Positions 28,422 to 37,519 of a stretch of DNA of 64,000 bases are shown here, piece by piece (position 1 is the stretch's first letter; every line of letters begins with the position of its first letter). The position numbers were made by a program, and so were the translations under genes. A model generated the notes under the pieces. The model worked only from the letters and a program-made list of their open reading frames with translations. It made no database searches and had not been told where the DNA came from. Where the stretch lies: NCBI GenBank assembly GCA_035285865.1, contig JAYKHS010000016.1, forward strand, positions 25,695 through 89,694, in the 5' to 3' direction. The DNA is from Candidatus Sericytochromatia bacterium (lineage in GTDB: Bacteria > Cyanobacteriota > Sericytochromatia > S15B-MN24 > VGJW01).

Positions 28422-29477
28422 TCAGTTGGTGGCGGCGGGTGTCGTCGCAGCGACCTGCACGATGCGGATAGGGATGTTGCGGACGAGCGACTGGCCGTCG
28501 GCGCCGCGCAATTCCGAGGTATCGGACTTGATGAAGAAGATCTTGGCGATGACCAGCGCGGGGTTGGTCACCCGTGCCAACTCCTTGATGGCCAGGTCGA
28601 CCGTGACCTGAGCCAGCGCACTGCTGCGGCTGACCTCAGCGTTGTCGAGCAACACGGAATCGACGGGTTGCGTGGCTTGGGCCACCAACTCTCCTCCCAG
28701 CGTCCGTATTTCGACACGGACCCCATTGATGATGGCCGACTTTCCACCGGGAAGATTACGAATCCCGAAGGCAACGCGAGACCCGGTCACGGGGAACGTG
28801 GGCTGTCCGGACTCCACCTGACACTCGAGCGACTCGGGCGCGAAAAGCGAGACGCGCGCCGCCTCGGTACTGCCCGCTTGTACCGGCAAGGCCAGGGGCA
28901 GCGTGATATCACCCGGCAGGACCGGAATGCCGAAGGGCAGCAGGATGGGTTGGCCGGCGCCTTCGACCGTGACCGTGGCGTTGGCCGCGATGTCGGCCGA
29001 GAACGTTGCCGTGCGTACCTCGGCCTGACGCGTCACCAACACCTCGTCGAAGGCAAAGGACAGCGAGACGTTGCCCAGTCCGGACTCCGGCAGGGGCAGG
29101 CCGGCCAGGACGAACTGCCCCTTGGCCGGGACCACCTTGTTGCGGACGATCGGATCCGATGCGGAGTTCTGGCGAGCCTTGCCGTCGGCCTTGAGGCCCA
29201 TGTCGAAGGTCGTCGGATCGACGCCATTTCCCGTGTAGGTGAACACGGACCCGTTCGAGACCTTGACCCCGGCGATGGGATTGCCGTTCGCGTCCTTGAC
29301 GAAGCCGGTGATCACGCCCGTCCGGCCCGACGGCGCCGGGAAAGGCACGGCCTCGGGAAGCCGCTCGGGGAAGAGAAAGGGGTCCAGAACCGCTGTCTGA
29401 GTAGCCAGCTGGTCGCAGCCCACGATTGCAGCCAAGGTCGCCAACCCAAGGGCGAGGCGCAAGCGAAGCGCGCGCAT
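28422..29477 (-). CDS. lipoprotein with carboxypeptidase-regulatory-like beta-sandwich
   Basis: lipobox IVGC; ITGFVKDANGNPIAGVKV. Confidence 0.75.
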   Translation of the reverse strand: MRALRLRLALGLATLAAIVGCDQLATQTAVLDPFLFPERLPEAVPFPAPSGRTGVITGFVKDANGNPIAGVKVSNGSVFTYTGNGVDPTTFDMGLKADGKARQNSASDPIVRNKVVPAKGQFVLAGLPLPESGLGNVSLSFAFDEVLVTRQAEVRTATFSADIAANATVTVEGAGQPILLPFGIPVLPGDITLPLALPVQAGSTEAARVSLFAPESLECQVESGQPTFPVTGSRVAFGIRNLPGGKSAIINGVRVEIRTLGGELVAQATQPVDSVLLDNAEVSRSSALAQVTVDLAIKELARVTNPALVIAKIFFIKSDTSELRGADGQSLVRNIPIRIVQVAATTPAATN

Positions 29478-30277
29478 CAGTTGCCTCCCGCGGGGGCCGC
29501 GTTGTCCCCGCGCATCCCGGTGACGAACCGCACCGCCAATCGCGCCGTGAGCTCCGAAAGCGGATAACCGTTGTCATCCCGGCCCGAGAACGAGATTTGC
29601 GCCGTAAGGTTCTGGGACCAGGCATCCAGCTTGGGCACCAGCTTGCCGCTCAGCGGGTTCACGCGATACCCGTTGTCCACGCCGAACTTCACGACATCGC
29701 TGCGCACGATGGGAATCTCGAGTGCTTGGCCGCCCGCCACGGCGCCACCGCCCGCCACACCCCCGGCTGCCCCGCCGACCGCACCGCCTGCTGCGCCTCC
29801 CGCAGCTCCGCCCGCTGCACCACCTGCGGCGCCACCGGCCGCACCGCCCGCAGCACCGCCCGCAGCACCGCCCGCCGCGCCGCCCAGACCTGGACGCGGC
29901 ATGTACAGGGACAGCCCTTGGCTCCACGGCTGCACCACGAGGGGATCGATGGGCGATGCCGCGCTATCGAACCAGTTGATCGAATAGGCGCTGAGGCGCA
30001 CGCCCGGGATGGCATCGCCCGGGAAGGGAGAGACCAGCACCTGGATGGTCTCCGGCTGGCTCTCGAAGGTGAACTGGGGTTCGCTGACCGTAGACAGAGG
30101 GTCCATCGTGATGCGGACCGTGACCACCTGAGTCTGCGCCACGGCAAGCAGGCGCGCCTTTGGCAACGCCGGATTGCCGATGCGGAAGGCCTCGCAACCG
30201 GCCAGCAGCGCGCAGCCGAGCGCCACGGGGAGGACCACGCCCGCACCGCGGACACGCCAACCGACCCGCTCCACCAC
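29477..30277 (-). CDS. hypothetical lipoprotein with internal (GGAA)n tract
   Basis: lipobox LAGC; GGAGG RBS; TGATG coupling to the next gene. Confidence 0.75.
   Translation of the reverse strand: MVERVGWRVRGAGVVLPVALGCALLAGCEAFRIGNPALPKARLLAVAQTQVVTVRITMDPLSTVSEPQFTFESQPETIQVLVSPFPGDAIPGVRLSAYSINWFDSAASPIDPLVVQPWSQGLSLYMPRPGLGGAAGGAAGGAAGGAAGGAAGGAAGGAAGGAAGGAVGGAAGGVAGGGAVAGGQALEIPIVRSDVVKFGVDNGYRVNPLSGKLVPKLDAWSQNLTAQISFSGRDDNGYPLSELTARLAVRFVTGMRGDNAAPAGGN
29730..29886. repeat. degenerate 12-bp repeat encoding about 11 GGAA-like units
   Basis: GCACCGCCCGCA-type units with synonymous variation. Confidence 0.85.
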
Positions 30278-30407
30278 GCGTCCCTCCGTTGCGGCCAGAC
30301 CTCCCTGCCGCGCAAGTCACCATACCCTCGGCCGGCCCAACGTATCCCGACAGCGTGGACGTGGGTAGCCCTTGCCCGCATCTTCATATGATCCGGGACA
30401 GAAGGGT

Positions 30408-30463
30408 TGTGAGCCGCGTCACGACAAGCTTTCACGGCTCGTCAGCATGTGACGGAGTTTACT
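30408..30463. promoter_or_regulatory. candidate CRP/FNR-family binding sites
   Basis: TGTGA-N6-TCACG at 30408-30423 and TGTGA-N6-TTACT at 30448-30463 in a divergent intergenic region. Confidence 0.55.
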
Positions 30464-30552
30464 TACGCGCTTCTCGGCGACTGCCTAACATCACCACAAC
30501 AACACCCATGCAGGGTGTCCTTGGCAACAGCTTGGTATAGTAAGGAAATCCC

Positions 30553-30849
30553 ATGAACAAGGCCCGCAAGAACTCCCAAAGCGCGGCTGGCGATCCCGAG
30601 GAGGGTGCCGGCGGCTCGGGAGAGAGTGCCGAGTTCAACCAGCGGGCCACCTTCTACTTCTCCGAGGACCAACTCACGAAGCTGGACATCATCCAGCTGG
30701 AGCTGCGCATCGGCAAGAACGGCTACAAGGAGAAGATCGGCAAGTCCGAGCTGATGCGGGCCGCACTCGACATGCTCATCGAAGATTACAATGCCAGGGG
30801 TCCGCAGTGCTGGCTCATCGAGCAACGCAGAGCTGCCGGAAACCCCTGA
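30553..30849 (+). CDS. small putative ribbon-helix-helix DNA-binding protein
   Basis: RATFYFSEDQLTKLD...KSELMRAALDMLIEDY strand-helix-helix pattern; AAGGA RBS. Confidence 0.65.
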   Translation: MNKARKNSQSAAGDPEEGAGGSGESAEFNQRATFYFSEDQLTKLDIIQLELRIGKNGYKEKIGKSELMRAALDMLIEDYNARGPQCWLIEQRRAAGNP

Positions 30850-30944
30850 CTTCCGGCGAGCGTCATGATTCGCTCGCGCCCTGCCCGTCGGACCGTCAAC
30901 ATGGTGCATCCGCTGCCCCCCCTACCCCCAAAGGAAGACCTCCA

Positions 30945-31262
30945 ATGTTCCAGAAGACGCTGCTCGTGGGCCTGATGGCCCTCTCCCTGTTCGCCGTCAG
31001 CGGCTGCGAGAAGAAGGCCGAGGAGTCCGGCGAGACCGGCGCCGCCACCGAAACCACCGAAATGGCGACCGGCAGCGAAGCCACCACCGAGGCAGCCAGC
31101 GGTGTCGACATGACCACCCAGTCCGCCACCGGTGAGGCTGAGGCCCCCGCGGCCGATGCTTCGGGCGCTGCGGCTCCTGCCGATCATGACCACGCTGCCG
31201 GCACGCCCGAACACAGCCATGACGGCAAGGATGCCGGTCACGCCGATAAGAAGGATCACTAG
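30945..31262 (+). CDS. small acidic, disordered lipoprotein with His-rich tail
   Basis: lipobox VSGC; E/T/A-rich; DHDH, EHSHD, GH, DH. Confidence 0.8.
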   Translation: MFQKTLLVGLMALSLFAVSGCEKKAEESGETGAATETTEMATGSEATTEAASGVDMTTQSATGEAEAPAADASGAAAPADHDHAAGTPEHSHDGKDAGHADKKDH

Positions 31263-31285
31263 GACTTAATCCGGGACAACCCCGG

Positions 31286-31321
31286 ACCGGCCCGGTTCCC
31301 CGCACGGGGAGCCGGGCCGGT
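31286..31321 (+). terminator. hairpin terminator
   Basis: ACCGGCCCGGTTCCCC-GCAC-GGGGAGCCGGGCCGGT. Confidence 0.7.
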
Positions 31322-31338
31322 TCGCACGAGGAGCGATT

Positions 31339-32499
31339 TTGCAAAATCCGGATCGTGGCAACCCCACGGACGCCGACCGCGCGAGGGAACTGGCAGCGGC
31401 CTGTGCCCTCGCGTGCATCGAAGGCCTGGGCAACCGCACGCTTATCCGCCTGCTGGACGCCCTGGGCAGCGCACGCGCCATCCTCGAGGCCCCCGCAGAA
31501 ATGCTGGGCAGCATCCCGGGGATCCGGCAGGCGCCCGTGCGCGAACTGACACGGGCCCGCCACCAGCATCGTCCCGAGGCCGTCCTGGACGCCCTCCTCC
31601 GTCGGGACATCTGGCCGGTGATGGCCGGGATGCCGGCCTATCCGTCCGGGTGGGCCCGACTTGCCGACCCGCCGCTTGTCGCCTTCGGGCGAGGCTGTCC
31701 GAGACGCGGCCCCGCGACGACCGTCGCCATCGTCGGCACGCGACGGGCCACGCATCACGGTCGGTCCCGCGCACGCCAACTGGCGCGAGACCTCGCTGAG
31801 CTTGGCATCAGCATCGTCTCGGGCCTTGCGGAAGGCATCGATGGCATGGCCCACGAGGGCGCCCTGGATGTCGGTGGCCACACCGTGGCCGTGCTGGGGA
31901 CGCCCATCGACGCTCCCTGGCCGCCAAGCAACCGACATCTGGCCCGCCGCGTGCTCGAGGCCAGAGGCATCTGGCTGTCCGAGCGCGCACCGGGTCGTGG
32001 CATGGCTCAGGGCGGATTCCTTGCCCGCAATCGTCTGGTCGCGGCCATGGCCGATGTCGTCGTCGTGGTCGAAGCTCCCGCGCGCAGCGGGGCCCTGCAC
32101 ACGCTCGGGCTCGCGGCCGAACTCGGCGTTCCCGCCTTCGTGCTCGAGGGCCCCGCCGACTTCCCCAGCTTCGCCGGCAGCCGCAAGGCCGCCGAGGATG
32201 GCGCACCTGTCATCGGCGATGCGCGCGACCTGCTCCGGGCCATGGACTGGGCGGCCGCAGCCCCGAGCAAGACCCGGGATTCCGCCACGGGGCCTGCACC
32301 CGCCGGACGGCCCGTCGACGACCGTGCCCGACTGCTCTCGGCACTGGGCCATGATCTGCTCGCGCCCGCGACGTTGGCGGCACGTCTGGGTTGGCCCGAA
32401 CGACGCCTGACGGGGGCCCTGGGGGCACTCATCCTCGAAGGAACGGTCGCTTGGAGGGGCCGGTGCGTGTTCGTCGGCACCGCAAGCGCACGTCGATAG
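31339..32499 (+). CDS. dprA: DNA-processing protein DprA
   Basis: AIVGTR, IVSGLAEGIDGMAH, FLARNRLVA, SGALHT; C-terminal winged helix. Confidence 0.95.
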   Translation: MQNPDRGNPTDADRARELAAACALACIEGLGNRTLIRLLDALGSARAILEAPAEMLGSIPGIRQAPVRELTRARHQHRPEAVLDALLRRDIWPVMAGMPAYPSGWARLADPPLVAFGRGCPRRGPATTVAIVGTRRATHHGRSRARQLARDLAELGISIVSGLAEGIDGMAHEGALDVGGHTVAVLGTPIDAPWPPSNRHLARRVLEARGIWLSERAPGRGMAQGGFLARNRLVAAMADVVVVVEAPARSGALHTLGLAAELGVPAFVLEGPADFPSFAGSRKAAEDGAPVIGDARDLLRAMDWAAAAPSKTRDSATGPAPAGRPVDDRARLLSALGHDLLAPATLAARLGWPERRLTGALGALILEGTVAWRGRCVFVGTASARR

Positions 32500-32513
32500 G
32501 GTATCTTTGCCGC

Positions 32514-34676
32514 ATGGCCAAATCGCTCGTCATCGTGGAGTCGCCCGCCAAGGCGAAGACCATCAGCAAGATTCTCGGCAAGGACTTCGTCGTGAAAGCC
32601 TCGGCCGGACACGTCCGTGACCTGCCCAAGAAGGGCCTTGGCGTCGAAGTGCGGCGCAAGACCTTCATGCCGGAATACGTCGTCCTCGACGACAAGGAAA
32701 AGGTCGTCCGCGAACTGCAGGAAGCCGCTCAGGGCGTGGGCAAGATCTACCTGGCCCCTGACCCGGATCGGGAAGGCGAAGCCATCGCGTGGCATCTGTC
32801 CGAGATCCTGCGCAGCACACCCGAAGCCAGCACCCTCCCGATCCACCGCATCGAGTTCAACGAAATCACGGCCGACGCCATCAAGCGTGCCGTGCGCAAC
32901 CCGCGCGCCATCGATCAGCCCCGTGTCGATGCCCAGCAGGCGCGGCGGGTGCTGGACCGGCTGGTGGGCTACAAGATCTCGCCCCTGCTCTGGCAGAAGG
33001 TCCAGCGTGGCCTGTCCGCGGGCCGCGTGCAGAGCGTGGCGGTCCGCCTCATCTGCGACCGCGAGCGCGAGGTCCGGGCCTTCGTGCCCGTCGAGTATTG
33101 GACGCTGACGGCGACCCTGGGCAAGGGCAAGACTTCCTTCGAGGCCGAGCTGTTCCGCTGGAAGGGCGAGAAGCCCGTCATCGGCGATGCGGCGACGGCA
33201 GAGGCCATCGTCGCGGCTGTTCGACCCGGCCCCTTCGTCGTCAGCAAGCTCGCGACGAAACCGAGCAGCCGCAAGCCCGCAGCCCCGTTCACGACTTCGA
33301 CGCTGCAGCAGGAAGCTTCGCGGCGCCTTGGCTTCACGGTCAAGCGCACCATGAACATCGCCCAGGGTCTCTACGAAGGCGTCGAACTCGGCACCGAGGG
33401 CCCCGTCGGTCTGATCACCTACATGCGAACGGATTCGGTCCGCATCGCGCAAGAGGCCCAGACAGAGGCCAAGGAATTCATCAGCGCCACCTACGGAGCC
33501 GACCACCTGCCGCCCAAGGCCCGGACCTACACCAGCCGCAAGTCGGCACAGGAGGCCCATGAAGCCATCCGACCGACCAGCATCCACCGCAGGCCGGAAA
33601 CCCTGAAGGGCGTTCTGACGGCCGACCAGATGAAGCTCTACAAGCTGATCTGGGAGCGCTTCTGCGCCTCGCAGATGGCCGATGCCCGCCTCGAGACCCT
33701 CGCGGTCGACATCACCTCGGGCGAGGGCCTCTTCCGGGCCACCGACACCCGTGTGCTCTTCCCCGGCTATCAGGCGGCCTACAAGGACACGGCCGAGGAA
33801 GATGCCGTGGCCGAAAAGCTGGTCAAGGTGCCGGTACTCGCCGAGGGCGAGACCCTCGCGTGCGAGAAGCTGGACCCGGTGCAGCACTTCACCCAGCCGC
33901 CCCCGCGCTTCACCGAGGCGACGCTGGTCCGAACGCTGGAAGAGCAGGGCATCGGACGCCCCTCGACCTACGCCGCCACCATCACCACGATTCAGGACCG
34001 CAAATACGTCGAACGCGAGGGCAAGGCCCTGCATCCGACCGACCTTGGCTTCCGCGTCAACGACCAGTTGGTCGCCCACTTCCCCGACATCGTGGACGTC
34101 TCCTTCACCTCGCGGATGGAGCAGGACCTCGATGCAGTCGAGGAAGGCGGCCGCGAGTGGATCGCGCTGATTCGCGACTTCTACGAGCCCTTCATGGCTA
34201 CGCTCAAGAAGGCCGAGAAGGAGATGGAGGCGGTTGCCGTGCCATCGGGCGAGACCTGTCCCAAGTGTGGCCGCCAGATGCTGATCAAGAGCACATGGCG
34301 CGGGTCGTTCCTCGGTTGCGAGGGCTATCCCGAATGCAAGACGACGGCGCCCATCATCAAGCGCACGGGCCAGCGCTGCAAGCGCGAGGGCTGCGCCGGG
34401 GAAGTCATCGAACGAACCAGCCGCATGGGCAAGGTCTTCTTTGGTTGCGACACTTATCCAGCGTGCAACTGGACAAGTTGGGGCGAACCTCAGGACACCC
34501 CCTGTCCGACGTGTGGTGCCACCTGGATGGTCAAGAAGTTCCCGCGGGCCAAGGGGCGCCGCCCCTACCTGCAATGCGCCGTCGCGGAGTGCAAGCAGAT
34601 CGTGAACATGCCCTCCACCCGCAAGAAGCAGGACGGTTCGGCCGACGAGGACGGGGAAGCCCCGGCCGAGGCATGA
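32514..34676 (+). CDS. topA: DNA topoisomerase I with three C-terminal zinc ribbons
   Basis: IVESPAKAK, DPDREGE, SAGRVQS, ITYMRTD, AHEAIRP, GIGRPSTY. Confidence 0.98.
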   Translation: MAKSLVIVESPAKAKTISKILGKDFVVKASAGHVRDLPKKGLGVEVRRKTFMPEYVVLDDKEKVVRELQEAAQGVGKIYLAPDPDREGEAIAWHLSEILRSTPEASTLPIHRIEFNEITADAIKRAVRNPRAIDQPRVDAQQARRVLDRLVGYKISPLLWQKVQRGLSAGRVQSVAVRLICDREREVRAFVPVEYWTLTATLGKGKTSFEAELFRWKGEKPVIGDAATAEAIVAAVRPGPFVVSKLATKPSSRKPAAPFTTSTLQQEASRRLGFTVKRTMNIAQGLYEGVELGTEGPVGLITYMRTDSVRIAQEAQTEAKEFISATYGADHLPPKARTYTSRKSAQEAHEAIRPTSIHRRPETLKGVLTADQMKLYKLIWERFCASQMADARLETLAVDITSGEGLFRATDTRVLFPGYQAAYKDTAEEDAVAEKLVKVPVLAEGETLACEKLDPVQHFTQPPPRFTEATLVRTLEEQGIGRPSTYAATITTIQDRKYVEREGKALHPTDLGFRVNDQLVAHFPDIVDVSFTSRMEQDLDAVEEGGREWIALIRDFYEPFMATLKKAEKEMEAVAVPSGETCPKCGRQMLIKSTWRGSFLGCEGYPECKTTAPIIKRTGQRCKREGCAGEVIERTSRMGKVFFGCDTYPACNWTSWGEPQDTPCPTCGATWMVKKFPRAKGRRPYLQCAVAECKQIVNMPSTRKKQDGSADEDGEAPAEA

Positions 34677-35989
34677 CCACGGTCCACGTCGTCGGCGGCG
34701 GTCTGGCTGGCAGCGAGGCCGCGTGGCAACTCGCACGGCAGGGCCTCGACGTGGTCCTGCACGAGATGCGCCCGACCCGGCCGACCCCGGCCCACAAGGG
34801 CGACGGCCTGGCCGAGCTCGTCTGCTCGAACTCGCTGGGCTCGGACACCACAGGCAGTGCTCCAGCCCTGCTCAAGGCCGAGATGCGCCTCATGGACTCC
34901 CTCATCCTCGAGGCTGCCGCCGAGGCGCGGGTTCCCGCAGGAGCGGCCCTCGCCGTGGATCGGGAGGTCTTCTCGGCGGCCGTGACCCGCAGGCTGACCG
35001 CCCTGCCCAATCTGCGGCTGGCCCGAGACGAGGTGGTTTCCCTCGAAGGCCCCGTCGTCGTGGCGAGCGGCCCCCTCACTTCCCCTGACCTTGCCGCCCA
35101 TCTGCAGGCCCAGCTCGGCGTCACGCAACTGCACTTCTTCGATGCCGCCGCTCCCGTCGTGACGCGCGAGTCACTCGACATGGACCGCCTCTTCATGGCG
35201 TCGCGCTGGGACAAGGGAGAAGCCGCCTACCTGAACGCGCCCATGAATCGCGAAGAGTACGCCGCGTTCCACGCCGCGCTGGTCGAGGCGGAGAACACGG
35301 TCCTGCATCTCGAAGTGGAGAAGGATGTCGCGTTCTTCGAGGGATGCCTGCCGGTCGAGGTACTGGCCCGCAGGGGCGTGGACACGCTCCGCTACGGGCC
35401 CATGAAACCCGTGGGGCTCACGGACCCCCGCACGGGCAGATGGCCGTATGCCTGCGTGCAGCTGCGCCAGGACACCGTGACGGGCGACCTGTTCAACCTT
35501 GTCGGCTTCCAGACCCAGCTCAAGTGGGGCGACCAGAAGCGGGTCTTCTCGATGATCCCGGGCCTTGCCGACGCCGAGTTCGTCCGGCTGGGCGTCATGC
35601 ACCGCAACACCTATCTGGCCAGCCCGAGCTTTCTGGAGCCGACGATGATGCGGCGCGGACGATCCGATCAAGCCTTCGCAGGCACGCTCATCGGCGTAGA
35701 GGGCTACACCGAAGCCGCGGCCACCGGTCTGCTCGCCGGCTTGAACCTGGGGCGGGTGCTGCGTGGGCTCGAGCCCTTGGTGCTGCCGACCACGACGATG
35801 CTGGGCGCCCTCGCCCGCTACGTTTCCGCGGCCGACCCCGCGCACTTCCAGCCCATGAACGCCAACTGGGGCCTGGTCGACCCGTGGCCGGAGCGCATCC
35901 GCGACAAGGCAGAGCGGCGGCGGCACCAGGGCGAACGTGCCCTTGCGGACCTCACGACCCTGCTCGGTCGGGCGACCGCCACACCCTGA
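34673..35989 (+). CDS. trmFO: folate/FAD-dependent tRNA m5U54 methyltransferase
   Basis: GGGLAGSEAAWQ, ELVCSNS, FFDAAAP, FEGCLPVE, GVMHRN, EGYTE, FQPMNAN. Confidence 0.97.
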   Translation: MTTVHVVGGGLAGSEAAWQLARQGLDVVLHEMRPTRPTPAHKGDGLAELVCSNSLGSDTTGSAPALLKAEMRLMDSLILEAAAEARVPAGAALAVDREVFSAAVTRRLTALPNLRLARDEVVSLEGPVVVASGPLTSPDLAAHLQAQLGVTQLHFFDAAAPVVTRESLDMDRLFMASRWDKGEAAYLNAPMNREEYAAFHAALVEAENTVLHLEVEKDVAFFEGCLPVEVLARRGVDTLRYGPMKPVGLTDPRTGRWPYACVQLRQDTVTGDLFNLVGFQTQLKWGDQKRVFSMIPGLADAEFVRLGVMHRNTYLASPSFLEPTMMRRGRSDQAFAGTLIGVEGYTEAAATGLLAGLNLGRVLRGLEPLVLPTTTMLGALARYVSAADPAHFQPMNANWGLVDPWPERIRDKAERRRHQGERALADLTTLLGRATATP

Positions 35990-36052
35990 CGGACAAAAGG
36001 TTGCGGCCGATCGGCCAACGCCGACCCGAGTACATCGGGTTGCCATGGACCC

Positions 36053-37519
36053 ATGTCTGCCGACCCGCCGCGCGTGACCACCGGCATCCCCGGTCTCGAC
36101 CCGCTGCTCGACGGCGGCTACATGCCGAGGCGAAGCGTGCTGGTCGCCGGTGGAGCCGGCTCCGGAAAGACCTCGGTGGGGCTGCAGTTCCTCGCTGCCG
36201 GACGACAGGAGGGCGAGGCATGCCTCCTGATCTCGCTTGGCGAGCACACCCGACAGATCCTGACAGACGCAAGAGCGCGTCATCTGGACGTGGACGGCAT
36301 CGAGGCGCTGGACCTGAATCCCTCGGCCGAATACTTCACGGCCCAGCGCACCTACGACCTGTTCTCTCCCGCCGAGATCGAGCGTGGTCCCATCACCACC
36401 GCCATCACCGCCGCCATTGTCCGCACACAGCCCAAACGCATCTTCATCGACTCGATGGAGCAGTTCCGCTACCTCTCCCCGGACCCCTTCCAACTGCGTC
36501 GACACCTGCTGGCCCTGATGCGCTTCCTCGCCGAGCACGAGGCCACGGTGCTGTTCAGTGCCGAGGGAGCCGAGCAAGAACAGGAGGACGGGCTCGCCTT
36601 CCTCGCTGACGGCGTCCTGCAACTGAAGCACGACGAAGCCGGACGGGGCCTCATCATCCGCAAGATCCGGGGATCCGCCTTTGCCATCGGACGCCAGACC
36701 ATCCGGCTCGATAATCGGGGCCTGCAGGTCCTGCCTCGAATCCTGACGGGACTACCCGAGATCCCGGGCCCCCGGTCCACGCTGCTGTCGGGCGTGCCGA
36801 CCCTCGACGCCATGCTGGAGGGCGGCCTCGAGGCAGGAACCATCACGATGCTGACCGGCCCGAGCGGCACCGGAAAGAGCACCATTGCCGCAGCCTTTGC
36901 GCTGCATCAGGCCAGCATCGGCCAATCCACCATCGTGTGCGACTTCGAGGAGGATCCGGGCGTGGCCCGGGCACGCTGCATCGGCCTTGGTCTTCCATAC
37001 GAGAAAGCCGTGGCCTCGGGCACCCTCGGCCTGATGCGCGTCCACCCCATGCGGACCAGCCTTCAGGGCTTCCAGCAAATGCTTCTCGAGGAAATCGACC
37101 GCCGATCGGCGCGCATCGTGGTGCTCGACAGCATCACGGGCCTGGCCCTGATGCATGACATTCGCGAGGTCGTCGCCGCGACCTTCAGCACCGCGACGAT
37201 GCTTCAGGAACGCGGCCTGACGGTGCTGCTGACGAACGAGCAGGAGGAAGTCTCCAGCTTCAGGCTCTCGAACCAGTCCTTGGGATTCCTGTGCGACACC
37301 ATCCTCTACCTGCGGTACTTCGAGCGACACCATCCGGACGAGCGCGTGAGCATGGGGCGAGCCATCGGCGTCCTGAAAAAGCGGCTGTCCGCATTCGACC
37401 CCTGCCTGCGGGAGATCGAGGTCTCGAAGGAAGGCCTGCACATCGGCCAGCCCATGCGCGGAATCGGCACGATTCTCAAGAGCCTGCCGACCCTCAGGGG
37501 CGGCGGGTCGGAGGCCTGA
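36053..37519 (+). CDS. double-domain KaiC-like (RAD55/GvpD-type) ATPase
   Basis: two RecA-like domains: TGIPGLD...GGAGSGKT...IDS and SGVPTLD...GPSGTGKS...FEE...LDS. Confidence 0.92.
   Translation: MSADPPRVTTGIPGLDPLLDGGYMPRRSVLVAGGAGSGKTSVGLQFLAAGRQEGEACLLISLGEHTRQILTDARARHLDVDGIEALDLNPSAEYFTAQRTYDLFSPAEIERGPITTAITAAIVRTQPKRIFIDSMEQFRYLSPDPFQLRRHLLALMRFLAEHEATVLFSAEGAEQEQEDGLAFLADGVLQLKHDEAGRGLIIRKIRGSAFAIGRQTIRLDNRGLQVLPRILTGLPEIPGPRSTLLSGVPTLDAMLEGGLEAGTITMLTGPSGTGKSTIAAAFALHQASIGQSTIVCDFEEDPGVARARCIGLGLPYEKAVASGTLGLMRVHPMRTSLQGFQQMLLEEIDRRSARIVVLDSITGLALMHDIREVVAATFSTATMLQERGLTVLLTNEQEEVSSFRLSNQSLGFLCDTILYLRYFERHHPDERVSMGRAIGVLKKRLSAFDPCLREIEVSKEGLHIGQPMRGIGTILKSLPTLRGGGSEA

Noticed and set aside
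30521..30537. Sigma54 promoter (TTGGCA...TTGG), and the similar sequence at 8839-8856
   Set aside because: GG-to-GC spacing is not the required 10 nt in either case.
32007..34736. Long antisense or alternate-frame ORFs (also 53459..56866, 51292..53499, 47354..49513, 13150..14940 and the N-part of 53866..57663)
   Set aside because: They are shadows of well-supported genes caused by high-GC codon bias and show no protein motifs.
36053..37519. True circadian kaiC
   Set aside because: No S/T phosphosites and no kaiA or kaiB in the window.
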